Part shown: piece by piece, positions 24,290-36,821 of the stretch
Layout of the letters: the number at the start of each line of letters is the position of its first letter
Position numbering within the stretch: the first letter of the stretch is position 1
Assembly (NCBI GenBank): GCA_038087875.1
Contig: CM075991.1
Span: 13,270,001-13,334,000 of the forward strand
From: Malacoraja senta
Lineage: Eukaryota
Direction of reading: 5' to 3'
DNA: 64,000 bases
The notes under the pieces: generated by a model
Told to the model about the DNA's origin: nothing
Database searches by the model: none
What the model saw: only the letters and a program-made list of their open reading frames with translations
Position numbers and translations under genes: made by a program

Positions 24290-25350
24290 CCGAGTGGGCG
24301 GGACTAGTGCGCAAGGCCTGATCTAATTGGCGGCACTTCACACGTTCATTTATTTAGTCGTGGTTTGTTGAGAACGGGGGGCGGGAAGGAAAGAAAGAGT
24401 GTGGTTACCGTGTGTGTATATATATTATATATATGAGATTTACCTGAGCCCCTGCTGTTGGTGCAGCCGCCGCCGCCGCCGGGCGAGTGGACGGACGCCT
24501 CCGCGCGCCAACTGGGGCCCGACAGCCGTTGGGCGGGAGGCGGGACGTGGGAAGAAGCGCGGCGGCGATTGGGCGGCCGGCGGGTTTGAATGAGCAAGCG
24601 CGGCGGCGATTGGCGGGACGTGGGCGCGCGCGGCGGCGGGGTGACGGTTATTGTTTGAGCGGAGAGTGGGCGCGAGGCGGCGGCGGGAGAGAGAGCGAGA
24701 GCGGACAGCAGCGGACATGGTGAGTGCTCCCGCCCGCCATCTATCTATCTCCCTCCCTCACACACACACACACACAGATACCGCCGATCCACCACATCCA
24801 CAACCCGCGCCCTCCTGCCGGCCGGGTCGGTGTTTTTTTTTTTTTGGCGGGGCGGCTAAAGGAAGGCGCGCGTTTGGCTGAGCAGCCCGCTGCTGCCGCC
24901 GCTCCCCGGACACCCACAGCCGCCGCTCGGGTCGGCGTCCGTGCACCGGTTACCGCCGTTTGCTTCACGCCGCTGCCTTTATCTCCGGGCTTGGAGTCGG
25001 GGGGGGGGGGGATATATTTAACCGGAACCGACCTCTCCCCCCCGGGGCGTCAATTCACCCCGAAACCCCCGCGAGCGCGGGGTGTGTGGCATTGCCCCCG
25101 TCAATGGGGAAGAGTTGGGGATGAGGGAGGGATGCCCGGCGGGGTGGGGGGGGTGAGGAAGGGATACCCGGTGAGGAGAGGGGCCGAAGGGGCGTCTCCC
25201 CACCCCTAGGGCTTTCCCGGGCCCGGGGCTGAGTGACAGCTGAGTGGCGGGAAACGCTGTCCTGCCCCGGCCGGCCCCGCAGCTCCAGAGAGCGGGATGT
25301 GCAGAACTGCAGCCTAACTTTAGCAACTCGCCCCGAGTTTGGGGTGGGCA
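24290..25350 (+). promoter_or_regulatory. CpG-island promoter of H2AZ2
   Basis: Very CpG-rich stretch around exon 1; inverted CCAAT boxes (ATTGG near 24326, 24568, 24609), GC boxes, CHR-like TTTGAA at 24585-24590 and E2F-like TTGGCGGGA at 24610. Confidence 0.85.
24717..24719 (+). CDS. H2AZ2: Histone H2A.Z.2, exon 1 coding part (ATG only)
   Basis: ATG immediately followed by the donor GTGAGT inside a CpG island; H2A.Z genes characteristically have only the initiator codon in exon 1. Confidence 0.93.
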
Positions 25351-27026
25351 TTTAGGCATGCAAATCTCGCTTTATAGTTAAAGTGTTTTCTACAATTGCC
25401 GTGAACGTCCTAAGTACTTTGTAGAATATTTGGCAATAATTAAGTCGTAGCGCAATCTCAATTTTTTCACGGATTCAATAGAGATTTTATTTTGGTTTCA
25501 GTGAGATTAAAATGTGTGTTGCAAAGTATCGAGTGTTCGACTGTTTTGCCCATAAATTGTACTGCCATATGTTTCATGTTTTTGAGATTAATAAACCAGA
25601 CGTCATGAATTAGAATTTAAATATCAGTGTTAACTTGTGGGAATGGATGGCAATCTGCAACTTTAGGTATGTCACTCAAGGGATTACTATGAGAGGATAA
25701 ATTGCTTTTACTTGTCAATGTTTGTGAATTGTTCCAGGCTACATTGACTTATGGAACGGATGCTTATTGGTTAGATCATTATTGGTGATGAATTTAAGCA
25801 GCTGAATTAAATTGTCCCATTTCCAGGCTTACTGCTGTGCACTTGGGTGTATGAGGCTGGCATTGGCTCATGATGGGGTGTGAGTCTGGATTAATGCTAA
25901 ATGATTTGTTAAGAGCATCAACAACAATACATTTAGTTGGGTTTATTTATCTGGATTTACTGCCAGAATACTCTTAAAACAAAAGTTAATCGAGTATTAA
26001 ACTTAGTCTAGGCATGGAACAAATGTTACTAGTTGGAAATAAATGTTTTGTGGCATCTTTAGTGATCAGCTGGCAACCCAGAACAAATGTGTGACAATAT
26101 CATAAGTTTGTGCTTTTATTCAACATTTAACATCTTATTGTTTGCAACCCATATGTGATGAGATTGTTAGCTAACTTTTGAGGCTAAGGATTGCTTCAAT
26201 GGGAAATCTTGCACATATTTATTCATCTTGGTGTCTCAAAACAATATGTAGGCTAAATTACTTGAAACTATAGTCATTGGTATAATGTAAAACACAGTAG
26301 AATTCAGAATATTTTGAGCAAGGAATTGATTTTTAACCAAACCTACATCATTTGGGTGAAATTGCATCTTGTAATGTGGATCAAATACAATTAGTTACAA
26401 TAATGTCAAGAATGAAAATAAATACAAATTTGAGAAAAGTTTGTACATGTATTTCTTGAATACCTAATTTGGGAGATCAGGCACATGTATCATATGTGCC
26501 TGGTCTCCCAAATTGTAAATTGTACATTAACAGTGACTACATATCTTGAATTCAGTTGAGAAAAAAACATTTTTCATCCTCTCTCCCTTTGCTGAACTAC
26601 TTGTTCAGTCCAATAAAGGTTTAGCTGGGGCTGCACAATATTGCATGAAATGCTTTCCAGTTTGGTTTCTTGGTACTGCTTTAGTTAGAAGTGTTCAATT
26701 TCCATGTGATGTCACAAGTAATCATTTAAATGTTCCTCTCTCAAACTCTTCATAATGTCTCAATTTAAATTCACCAACTCAATTTAAATATTAAATCTGC
26801 ATGTTCTTAATTTCAGCATGTACAACTTCACAGTTCTAGGTTATACAAAGGGGACATTATCATGAGACACTATTTGATAATCAAATAAGTATAAGAGGAA
26901 ATCTCCATTCACTATTAACTGCCACGAACATTTTGGTACACTTAGCCTTTAATTCTGCAAGTATTACATATTGTATTGATATGGGGGGAAATTTTGTGTT
27001 CTCATCTTCCCCTCTTTCTTTGACAG

Positions 27027-27104
27027 GCTGGCGGGAAAGCTGGGAAGGATTCGGGAAAGGCTAAAGCTAAAGCAGTTTCCCGCTCTCAAAGAGCAGGATT
27101 ACAG
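27027..27104 (+). CDS. H2AZ2: Histone H2A.Z.2, exon 2 (AGGKAGKDSGKAKAKAVSRSQRAGLQ)
   Basis: Acceptor tttgacAG and donor GTatgc; 78 nt; translation is the H2A.Z N-terminal tail with Ala14, diagnostic of Z.2 (Thr in Z.1). Confidence 0.97.
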
Positions 27105-28629
27105 GTATGCCTTTTTATTAAAAATTGGATAACAAAATAGCTTTTCAGAACTGAGTACATATCCAAATAATTGAGTTGTTACTTATAGTATGAGAAAAAT
27201 GTTGTCCTATGAGGCTTTGTTTTGAAATAGTCAATGAACAGACCTACTTGGGAGCAGCTGATGATAATTTGGGTTTTTTTCTGTGGAACTTGCAACAGTT
27301 CCTGGACTGCATTGATTGGCCTCCAACAAATAACTACTTTGTGTGTCAGGTACTACACCAGTCACTCTGGTTTCCTTCTATCTGTTTTGCAAAGCCTCTG
27401 TGTTATTTACCACGGGCTGTTTTTGTATCCCAGTTCACATCAGGATTGAATGTGGTAAGATGCTGGGAAAATTATAATAGAACAGGGCAATGTTATCATA
27501 GATTTATGCGAAGGATGCATTTAATTTTGTGGTTGTAACCAGCAGAAATTATAAAGGTGGCCCATTGGATGTGATGTGTTTTAACTATTCAGAAGGGCTC
27601 TAAGATGTCCCATGTAAGTTATTAAAATTAGACCACATGGGAATGGGACATGGTATTGGTTTGGAGTGAGGATTGTTAACAGACAGGAAAGCTTTTTTTT
27701 TGAGGATGGGAGTAACTAATTGGGTGTTACAAAGATCAGATCTTAAGCTGCAGATATTGAGTGATTTTGGACACCAAATATGCCACGATACAAGCTTGCT
27801 GTTGATGTGTGGGAGTTATGAGAAGGACACAGAAGCTGCAATTGGATGTAGACACGCTTGGTTAATGGACAAGGATGTGGCTGATGGAATTATAAGGAGA
27901 AAAAAAATGTGAATGGAGAAAGGTGGCTTGTGGATTTACCATCTTGGATATATTTTGTGTTCATTTTCATTCTAAAAAGACAAGCATATTCTAAATATTT
28001 ATTCTTTAGGACTGGACACTACTGGTAACGCCACATTTATTGTCCTTGAGCTAAGTCTTTTGCTCAGCTGTGTCAGAGGTATTTGAGAATTGCATATAAA
28101 CTAGACCTGGGAAGGTCAACAAATTTCTTCCCATAAAGGGTATTGATATTCCTGTAATAGTAATACTTCAGCCCAAATTCTTCTTTGTGACTGCTCCAGC
28201 TGGCTGCTCAATGTTAGTTAAATGATTTTCTGGAATTTGCAACCTAGCAGGAAGGAGATTTTTTTTTAATGTTCATTAACTGGTTTTGGTTAAATATGCT
28301 TGCATGTAGTATGTTTTTTATGCTATTAGACCCAATACTAAATTTATTAGATTGGTATTCACTTCAGATTGATGTACCCTTCTACACACCCCATGAGTTA
28401 GTGAAGAATCCTCTGATATCTTAAGAAACCTTAAGGTTTGAAGAAGGGCCTCGACCTGAAACATCACCCATTCCTTCTATTCAGAGATGCTGCCTATCCC
28501 ACTGAGTTACTCCAGCATTTTGTGTGTATGAGTTCCTTCCTACACCTTTGATTTCTTGTTGAGCTTGTGGGCTTCTAGATCAGTCCTCTATTTGTTTGCC
28601 ATGTAGAATACCCTCGTTGTGGGGCAGGA

Positions 28630-29650
28630 GCATCATCACAATGTATTTTTAAGCAGTTCCTTGCAATTGAGGACTGAATTAGTTTTGAAAGTAAGGCAGT
28701 TATGAGGCCAACGTGGGAACTGCAGACTCCTCTTCAGATGGGGCCTTGTGTTCAGTAGTTTATGAAAGGTGTAATTTGTGCTTATGCTGGACTGTGTCGC
28801 TGGTGCATAATTTTCAGCCCCAACCTGGATGCTCTTCCTCTTTGAGGGATTATGGCCCAGAGTTTCCCAAGCGTTGAAATGGATTTTGAGCTTTGAGCAC
28901 ATTTTTGAATTTTGTCTGCCAGGTAATCTCCCATAACAACTTGTGTATTGTCTCTTTAAGGAGTCGCAGACATGTGATTAGCCCAGTGTAGCTGACCTAG
29001 ACTAGCTGGGAATCTGGTCTGGTTATTCCAGTGAACTTGGAAAATTTGGTAGAGACAGTCGTGGATTTGTTTTTGTCATGTATTGAGATGCCTGCTGTCC
29101 AACTCTCAGAAATTAGGGTCGGGATTCATGCTGCCCATTAGATTGTTTTGTCTAGTTGAAGTTTTGATCTTCAAATGCCCTTTTCCTCATTGACCAATCG
29201 CAGTGTTGTCTGCCTTTGCTGAGCAGTGGTTCCAAAGAAGTGGGTTGTGCTTTCCAAGATTTCAAAGTGGACCTTCAGAGATGGAAGGCAGTGTTTTGTA
29301 GGGATGGCAGGTCAGTAGGGGACTGGGCGTTTACTTCTTGGGTATGAAGCCCAAAGCCTTGCATGTTTCAGTGAGCAAGTCAACAATGTCTTGGAGATCT
29401 GCCTCCACGTGTGAAGCACAAACATACTGATCATCTGCATATTACAGTTTACATGGAGGTTCTAGTAACCTTGGATATGGGGCATAGTTGCTATAGGCTG
29501 AACTATTTCTCACCCGCTCTGAAGGTTAGCTCAATTCTTGCAAGAAGGTTCATTACAATCCTGGAGTTTTGGGAAAGGCGCTAGAGAAGTTGGCAGAACT
29601 CCTTGGTTTACTCCTTTCTCAAGTCTGAAAGTTCTGAGAATCCTCCAGGA
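28630..29650 (-). mobile_element. Old RTE-like LINE RT fragment
   Basis: Minus-strand YADDQYVCASHVEADLQDIVD near 29350-29445; heavily degenerate. Confidence 0.5.
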
Positions 29651-29708
29651 AGCAGCGGATAAATTAAGTGAGTTAAATTACACAACATTGAAAGGAGTCG
29701 TCTATTTA

Positions 29709-30014
29709 GGCTGTGGGCCGAGCATCAAAAATGTGCCTAGAATCCAGTTTTCGTGACCCAAGTCACCAAACTACATGAAATTTTCCACAGATTTAGATGT
29801 AATATAAGTGAGAAGGATGTCATAACTCGTCATTGCCAAAAGCTGCACATTAATTAATTAAACTAATTAGAAAATAAGATCGGAAAAGTAAGCGCCATCT
29901 AGTGGCCAATGCCCATATTACACCATGGGCAGCCTATTTCCGTGTTGCAGTCCATTTAAACTATATATGATTCTACCTATATATATTTATATTATATATT
30001 TATATATATTTATT

Positions 30015-30047
<33 letters not shown>

Positions 30048-31690
30048 GTAGTTCATGTACTTCATGAATGAATGAGTGAATGAACGAGTGAGTGAATTGT
30101 TGTTGTATTCAATTTATTGTCATCTCATTTTAGAGACAACGAAATGGATTTTCCTTACAGTCAAGTAACATAAAAAACAAATAATAAATAAATAAACATT
30201 TATTTTTTTTAAAGCACAAACACAGAAGTCCACACACAACATAATCCCACATCGGCACCAAAGTTAAGGAAGGTACCATAGTCCAGCCAGCCTCCCCGCC
30301 GATCTTCCCAGATGTTCACCCGTGGTCTCCGCCACGGGCGACCCGATGCTCAGGCCCTCTCGCCGGGAACGGTGGAACCCCGACGGAGAACATCCTCAGC
30401 AGCCCGGACCTCCAGATCATCCGGACTCCGCGATGTTGGTCAGCGCCGCCCGCGTTGGGAGCTCCGCGAACCACAGCTCCGTGCTGTCGGTGCAGCAGAC
30501 CCACCACTCCGGAGCTCCCAACGCAGGCGGCGCTGACCAACATCGCGGAGTCCTGCTACTCCACCCAGCTCGGCCTGAGGACTCTGGTGGGAGGTGGCTG
30601 ATCTGGAGGTCCGGGCCGCTGAGGATGTTCTCCGTCGGGGGTCCACCGTTCCCGGCGAGAGGGCCTGCACCTCCAGATCAGCCACCTCTCACCGGAGTCC
30701 GCAGGCCGAGCTGGATGGAGTCGCAGGACTCCGCGATGTTGGTCAGCGCCGCCCGCGTTGGGAGCTCTGCGAACCACAGCTCCGCGCTGTCGGTGCAGCA
30801 GGCCCAACACTCCGGAGCTCCAAACGCCGATCCCCGGTAAGGCATCGCCCGCCTCGCGATGTTTCCAACGTTGCTCTGCTGCTGCAGGAGTGGGGGGGGG
30901 GGGGGCGAGGACGAGGACGTGACTCGAATAATAGTCGTATCCTCTCAAGGAAGCGACTGAAGGACGGTATCCCCCTTATCGTACCCTCTTTCCCCACATA
31001 AAAACATTTTAAAAAACGCACAAAAAACGCTCTTCAAACATAACAAAAAAAACCAAAAAGACTGAAGGCGGAGGCAGCTAGCAACAGGTGAATGTATGAA
31101 TGAGTGAATGTACAGCCTCCAAATCTCATTTTTTCACATTATAAAGGTGGAAATAAATTAATTAAAGTGCATACAGATTAATTTTCATAAATTCAGACTT
31201 TAGATCTTACCTTTTCAGTTCCAGTTGATTCACAAAGTTTGACAGCAGCACCTCAGGCAGGGACATTGCTTTCAAGACTTTATTCCACTTAGCTGCACTT
31301 TCTTCAGACTTCTTCATGCTTTTCTCACTAAATTCAATTACCCTGCTGCAAGTTTCCACGACATGTATTCCACAGAACTAGAAAAAATCTTCATCGGAAT
31401 CTCCAGTTAAACAGGCATCAGTGAAGCCCTCAGTGCTCCCTGCCTAGCTAGCCTGAAACAAAGCGCGTGATTGGCCAACTGGCATACAACTCAATGTTAG
31501 ACGTGCTTTGATTGGACTAAAAATACCCGAAATTTTTTGTTTTTTCTCTAATTTAATGAAAATGTGCAAGTCTTGTTCATGACGCGTTTCAGGGGTGATT
31601 TATATGATTTTTTTTACACAATATGTGAAAATTTCATGTAGTTTGGTGACTTGGGTCACGAAACACTGGAATAAAGCTCGGCCCACAGCC
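29709..31690. mobile_element. Non-autonomous DNA transposon with long imperfect TIRs and TA TSD
   Basis: GGCTGTGGGCCGAGC...TTTCGTGACCCAAGTCACCAAACTACATGAAATTTTC at the left and its reverse complement at the right, flanked by TA; carries a nested insertion at about 30100-31090. Confidence 0.8.
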
Positions 31691-31880
31691 TAATTGTCAA
31701 TTTGAATTTTAAAATCTTGCCACGGTCCGTGCATTTTCAAATAATGTTGTCAGTTTTCTGTTCTTGGTTCAGTAATGATAATTGTGGATCAGATATCCTG
31801 GTATGGGCTAAAAGGATAATACAAATAAGTTTGTTTTCAGAAACAGCATCTTAAACTTTGGGGGGGGGGGTTCTTTAAAC

Positions 31881-32619
31881 CAGGGGTCAGCGACCTACGG
31901 CCCCCGGGCCGAATGCGGCCTGTAACCAAAGATCATCCAGCCCGCAGGCGTATTCCCCCCCCCCCCCCAATATTTGTGTGAGCCCGTCAACTTCCTTCAT
32001 CCCTGAGACTGCGGTGACGCAAGGAGGCCTGCGCTGGCGGCCGCAATGGCGGAGCGCCGAGCTCTGGCTGTACTGCATCCTGCGCAAAGCCACCGACACG
32101 GCCACGCACCTTCTATGTCTGGGCTTCACTGTCGGGATCGGAGGTAGACAAAGCTGGAGAAACTCAGTGGGTGAGGCAGCGTCTATGGAGCAAAGGAATA
32201 GGCGACGTTTCAGGTCGATGCCCTTTTCTTCAGAAGCGGCTGACGTTGCTCTGAGACCAGTCTGAAGAAGGGTCTCGGCCCGAAACGTCGCCTATTCCTT
32301 CGTTCCATAGATGCTGCCGCATCCGCTGAGTTTCTCCAGCTTTTATGTCTACCTTTGATTTTTCCAGTATCGGTTTATTTCTTAAACACACTGTCGGGAT
32401 CGGGGTTGTCAATAGGCCGGGGACGAGTGAGTGTGAGTATTTGAGCCACCTTCTTCAGGACAGAGCCAAGGCTAGGGGCCAGTACTCCGGGTGGCGTCCT
32501 CGAAGGGGCCTGTGACTTGATGCCTGCCATCCGGGGTAGGGTACATGTGATATATGTGGCTCGCCAGCCGCTCAGACATGCGTCCCGGCCCCTATGCAGA
32601 ACAAGGTTGCCGACCCCTG
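31881..32619. mobile_element. hAT (Charlie-like) non-autonomous element
   Basis: TIR CAGGGGTC(A/G)GC(G/A)ACCT; 8-bp TSD CTTTAAAC at 31873-31880 and 32620-32627. Confidence 0.9.
32142..32388. mobile_element. Penelope-like inverted pLTR pair nested in the hAT element
   Basis: 15-bp TSD CACTGTCGGGATCGG at 32127-32141 and 32389-32403; inverted pair of the PLE terminal repeat. Confidence 0.75.
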
Positions 32620-33819
32620 CTTTAAACAATTTGGGTGAGATTTAATTTTGTTGAATTGCTTGTTTAAATTAAAATTATTAAGCTTTCCTGTTTTTTCCCC
32701 TACATGGCTACAAGATTATTGTTATTACTAAGTGTTTAAAAAAACTCCAAATGCACAATCAGATTTATGAAAAGTTTTTTAAAATGTCACTAGAAGGCAG
32801 ACTGCTTTAATATCTGTAGGAAAGAACTGCAGATGCTGTTTTAAATCGAAGGTAGACACAAAATGCTGGAGTAACTCAGTGTCTTTGGAGAGAAGGAAGT
32901 AGTGACGTTTCGGGTCGAGACCCTTCTTCAGACTGGTCTCAGAGCAACGTCAGCCGCTTCTGAAGAAAAGGGCCTCGACCTAAAACGCCGCCTATTCCTT
33001 CGCTCCATAAATGCTACCTCACCCACTGAGTTTCTCCAGCGTTGTCTACCTTGACCCGAAACGTCAGCCATACCTTCTCTCCAGAGATGCTGCCTGTCCC
33101 ACTGAGTTGCTCCAGCATTTTGTGTCTACCTGCTTTAATATCTCTTCAATGTGCAGCAGGATATGTTGGAAACCTTCGCCACTAATTTTCCCCCCAATAT
33201 TTTAGTGAGTCTCGTAGCCTCTGGTTATAACAGGCTTACTGTCTTTTGCCCTTAAAAACTCTCAGTGGGATAATCCAGTTTTAAACAGGTTAATTTTGGG
33301 AAATCCTAGTGTAAGGGTTTGAATCCTTCAGGAGCAAGACTGGGTAATACATTATCTCGATTCAGTCTGGCATTCACTTCACGCATGACTGATCTGTCAC
33401 CCCTTTCTAGTGATCTCCCTTTATCCATAATGGACAAAATGATTTTCTTAAACTTTAGTTGACATAAGGAAAGATTTTTATAATTATAGAATTGAAGCAT
33501 ACAGTACAGGAGGGTCCTGTATCTCAATTGTGTGTTGATCTCTTGAAATCATCCCATCCGTTGTTTCTCGGCTGTCCTTCAAAACTTTAATTTGTCAGTT
33601 CCTTTGGTAGTTGCAGTCAAATTTGTTTCCACCAATCTTTCTGCAGTACATTCTAGATCGTGATCGTGATTTGGGTTCTTATTTGCTACCTTTTCGCTGA
33701 TTATTTTAAAACATGACCAAGTTCTTAAATTTTGTACAGTGCCTTTTAACCTTCTCAAAGGAGAATTCCAGCTTTATGACTGGTTCCTCATGATGTCATC
33801 ACTCTTTAGGATCATATGA

Positions 33820-34335
33820 TACGATAGAACTTTATTTATCCCAGGAAGGAAATTGATCTGCCAACAATCATAAAACACAAAATACATGAAACATAAAATT
33901 AGTGATGAGTTGACGTGATTGGGATGTGCAAAGATTGAGGGGGGGGGGGTCAGTCTACCCCACGACAGAAGGGGGAGAGGATGCACAGTTTGATAGCCAC
34001 AGGGAAGAAGGATCTCCTGTGGCGTTCTGTGCTGCATCTTGGAACCAGTCTGTTGCTGAAGGTACTCCTCAGGTTGGCCAGTGTCATGGTGAGCTGTATT
34101 GTCCAAGATGCTCCTCAAACTGCAGAGCATCCTCCCCTCCATTACCACCTCACATGAATCCAACTCCGCCCCAGGACGGAGCCACCTTTCTAGATGATTT
34201 TGTCAGTCTTATTGGTGTCCACGGCCTTCACCATGCTGCCCTAGCACACCACAGCGAAGAAGGTGGCACAGGTTACAACCGATTGGGCACAGGTTACAAC
34301 CGATTGGTAGAACATCTGCAGCACCTTCTTGCCAT
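33820..34335 (-). mobile_element. Rex1/Babar-like LINE 3' fragment
   Basis: KKVLQMFYQSVV... and SFFPVAIKL-like peptides, AATAAA and a short-repeat tail near 33820. Confidence 0.6.
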
Positions 34336-34588
34336 CATTCCTAGCAGTTGTTGGGGATTGGGGGGCTGTAGGCCAGCTGAGAGCAAGCAAGTATTTTTTC
34401 CCTGCGACGGGAAAAAGGATTTTGCACAGAAGAAAATCCATTATATGGTAGTTTTAAACTAGCGAATACCATTTTTTGAAGACCTTTTTGGACTGCTCAA
34501 AGCTCTAAATGGGACATTTCTTTGTTGTCGGCTTATGTTTGAATTTTCGTTACATTTTAAACTTTGGTTTGAGTGATTAACTTTGTAT

Positions 34589-36398
34589 GGAAACATAGAA
34601 ACATAGAAAATAGGTGCAAGAGTAGGCCATTCGGCCCTTCGAGCCTGCACCGCCATTCAATATGATCATGGCTGATCATCCAACTCAGTATCCCGTACCT
34701 GCCTTCTCTCCATACCCCCTGATCCCTTTAGCCACAAGGGCCACATCTAACTCCCTCTTAAATATAGCCAATGAACTGGCCTCAACTACCCTCTGTGGCA
34801 GAGAGTTCCAGAGATTCACCACTCTCTGTGTGAAAAAGTTTTTCCTCATCTCGGTCTTAAAGGATTTCCCCCTTATCCTTAAGCTGTGACCCCTTGTCCT
34901 GGACTTCCCCAACATCGGGAACAATCTTCCTGCATCTAGCCTGTCCAACCCCATAAGAATTTTGTATGTTTCTATAAGATCCCCTCTCAATCTCCTAAAT
35001 TCTAGCGAGTATAAGCCAAGTCTATCCAGTCTTTCTTCATATGAAAGTCCTGACATCCCAGGAATCAGTCTGGTGAACCTTCTCTGCACTCCCTCTATGG
35101 CTATAATGTCCTTCCTCAGATTTGGAGACCAAAACTGCACGCAATACTCCAGGTGTGGTCTCACCAAGACCCTGTACAACTGCAGTAGAACCTCCCTGCT
35201 CCTATACTCAAATCCTCTTGCTATGAAGGCCAACATACCATTCGCTTTCTTCACTGCCTGCTGCACCTGCATGCCTACTTTCAATGACTGGTGTACCATG
35301 ACACCCAGGTCTCGCTGCATCTCCCCATTTCCTAATCGGCCACCATTTAGATAATAGTCTGCCTTCCCGTTTTTGCCACCAAAGTGGATAACCTCACATT
35401 TATCCACATTATACTGCATCTGCCAAACATTTGCCCACTCACCCAGCCTATCCAAGTCACCTTGCAGTCTCCTAGCATCCTCCTCACAGCTAACACTGCC
35501 CCCCAGCTTAGTGTCATCCGCAAACTTGGAGATGTTTCTTTCAATTCCCTCGTCCAGATCATTAATATAAATTGTAAATAGCTGGGGTCCCAGCACTGAG
35601 CCTTGCGGTACCCCACTAGTCACTGCCTGCCATTGTGAAAAGGACCCGTTTACTCCTACTCTTTGCTTCCTGTTTGCCAGCCAGTTCTCTATCCACATCA
35701 ATACTGAACCCCCAATACCGTGTGATTTAAGTTTGTATCCTAATCTCTTATTTGGTACCTTGTCGAAAGCCTTCTGAAAGTCCAGATACAACACATCCAC
35801 TGGTACTCCCCTATCCACTCTACTAGTTACATCCTCGAAAAATTCTATAAGATTCGTCAGACACGATTTACCTTTCGTAAATCCATGCTGACTTTGTCTA
35901 ATGATTTCACCACTTTCCAAATGTGCTGCTATCCCATCTTTAATAACTGACTCTAGCAGTTTCCCCACTACCGATGTTAGACTAACTGGTCTGTAATTCC
36001 CCGTTTTCTCTCTCCCTCCCTTCTTAAAATGTGGGGTTACGTTTGCTACCCTCCAATCCTCAGGAACTACTCCAGAATCTAAAGAGTTTTGAAAAATTAT
36101 CACTAATGCATCCACTATTTCTGGAGCTACTTCCTTAAGTACTCTGGGATGCAGCCTATCTGGCCCTGGTGATTTATCGGCCTTTAATCCATTCAATTTA
36201 CCCAACACCACTTCCCGACTAACCTGAATTTCACTCAGTTCCTCCATCTCCTTTGACCCGCGGCCCCCTGCTATTTCCGGCAGATTATTTATGTCTTCCT
36301 TAGTGAAGACGGAACCAAAGTAGTTATTCAATTGGTCCGCCATATCCTTGTTCCCCATGATCAATTCACCTGTTTCTGACTGCAAGGGACCTACATTT
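34589..36398 (-). mobile_element. Young 5'-truncated CR1 LINE in H2AZ2 intron 2 (uninterrupted ~570-codon RT)
   Basis: ORF 34685-36406 with KSPGPD, NYRPVSLTS, YLDFQKAFDKVP, GVPQGSVLGP and FADD motifs and no stops; TTTCTATG repeat tail. Confidence 0.95.
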
Positions 36399-36707
36399 GG
36401 TAGCATAAAGATAAATGAAATTCAGCGGTGAAGTCTACTGAGCAATTACCGTAGCACGAGTTATCTCCAGGAGAGAAATTTGACATGAGATTTAAGCCAG
36501 GTAGCCGGAGATAAATGGTTAAATTTAGACACTTTTTCAAGGGAAAGGCATGGATCTCATAACTAATATGGTCTTTAAACATTTTCTATATTTTAGCAGG
36601 ACTGGAGGAGTATGAATATATAAAGTAACAATATTAGCTTACCAATAGGATTCTTGATTTTTTTTTGGACCATGTTGACAGTTGTCGCTTGGTATTTTTT
36701 CTTCTAG

Positions 36708-36821
36708 TTTCCTGTAGGTCGTATTCATAGGCATTTGAAGACTCGTACCACCAGCCATGGACGGGTGGGTGCTACAGCTGCCGTGTACAGTGCAGCAATC
36801 TTGGAGTATCTCACTGCTGAG
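36708..36821 (+). CDS. H2AZ2: Histone H2A.Z.2, exon 3 ([38 protein letters not shown])
   Basis: Acceptor cttctAG and donor GTaggc; 114 nt; Thr38 diagnostic of Z.2. Confidence 0.97.

Noticed and set aside
30312..31021. Overlapping 130-172 aa ORFs on both strands
   Set aside because: They are an artefact of GC-rich palindromic repeat sequence with no recognisable domain.
34685..36406. Intact 573-aa RT ORF as an autonomous or domesticated gene
   Set aside because: It is a 5'-truncated CR1 lacking the endonuclease, ORF1 and promoter, and the listed start comes from flanking sequence. Its openness reflects recent insertion.
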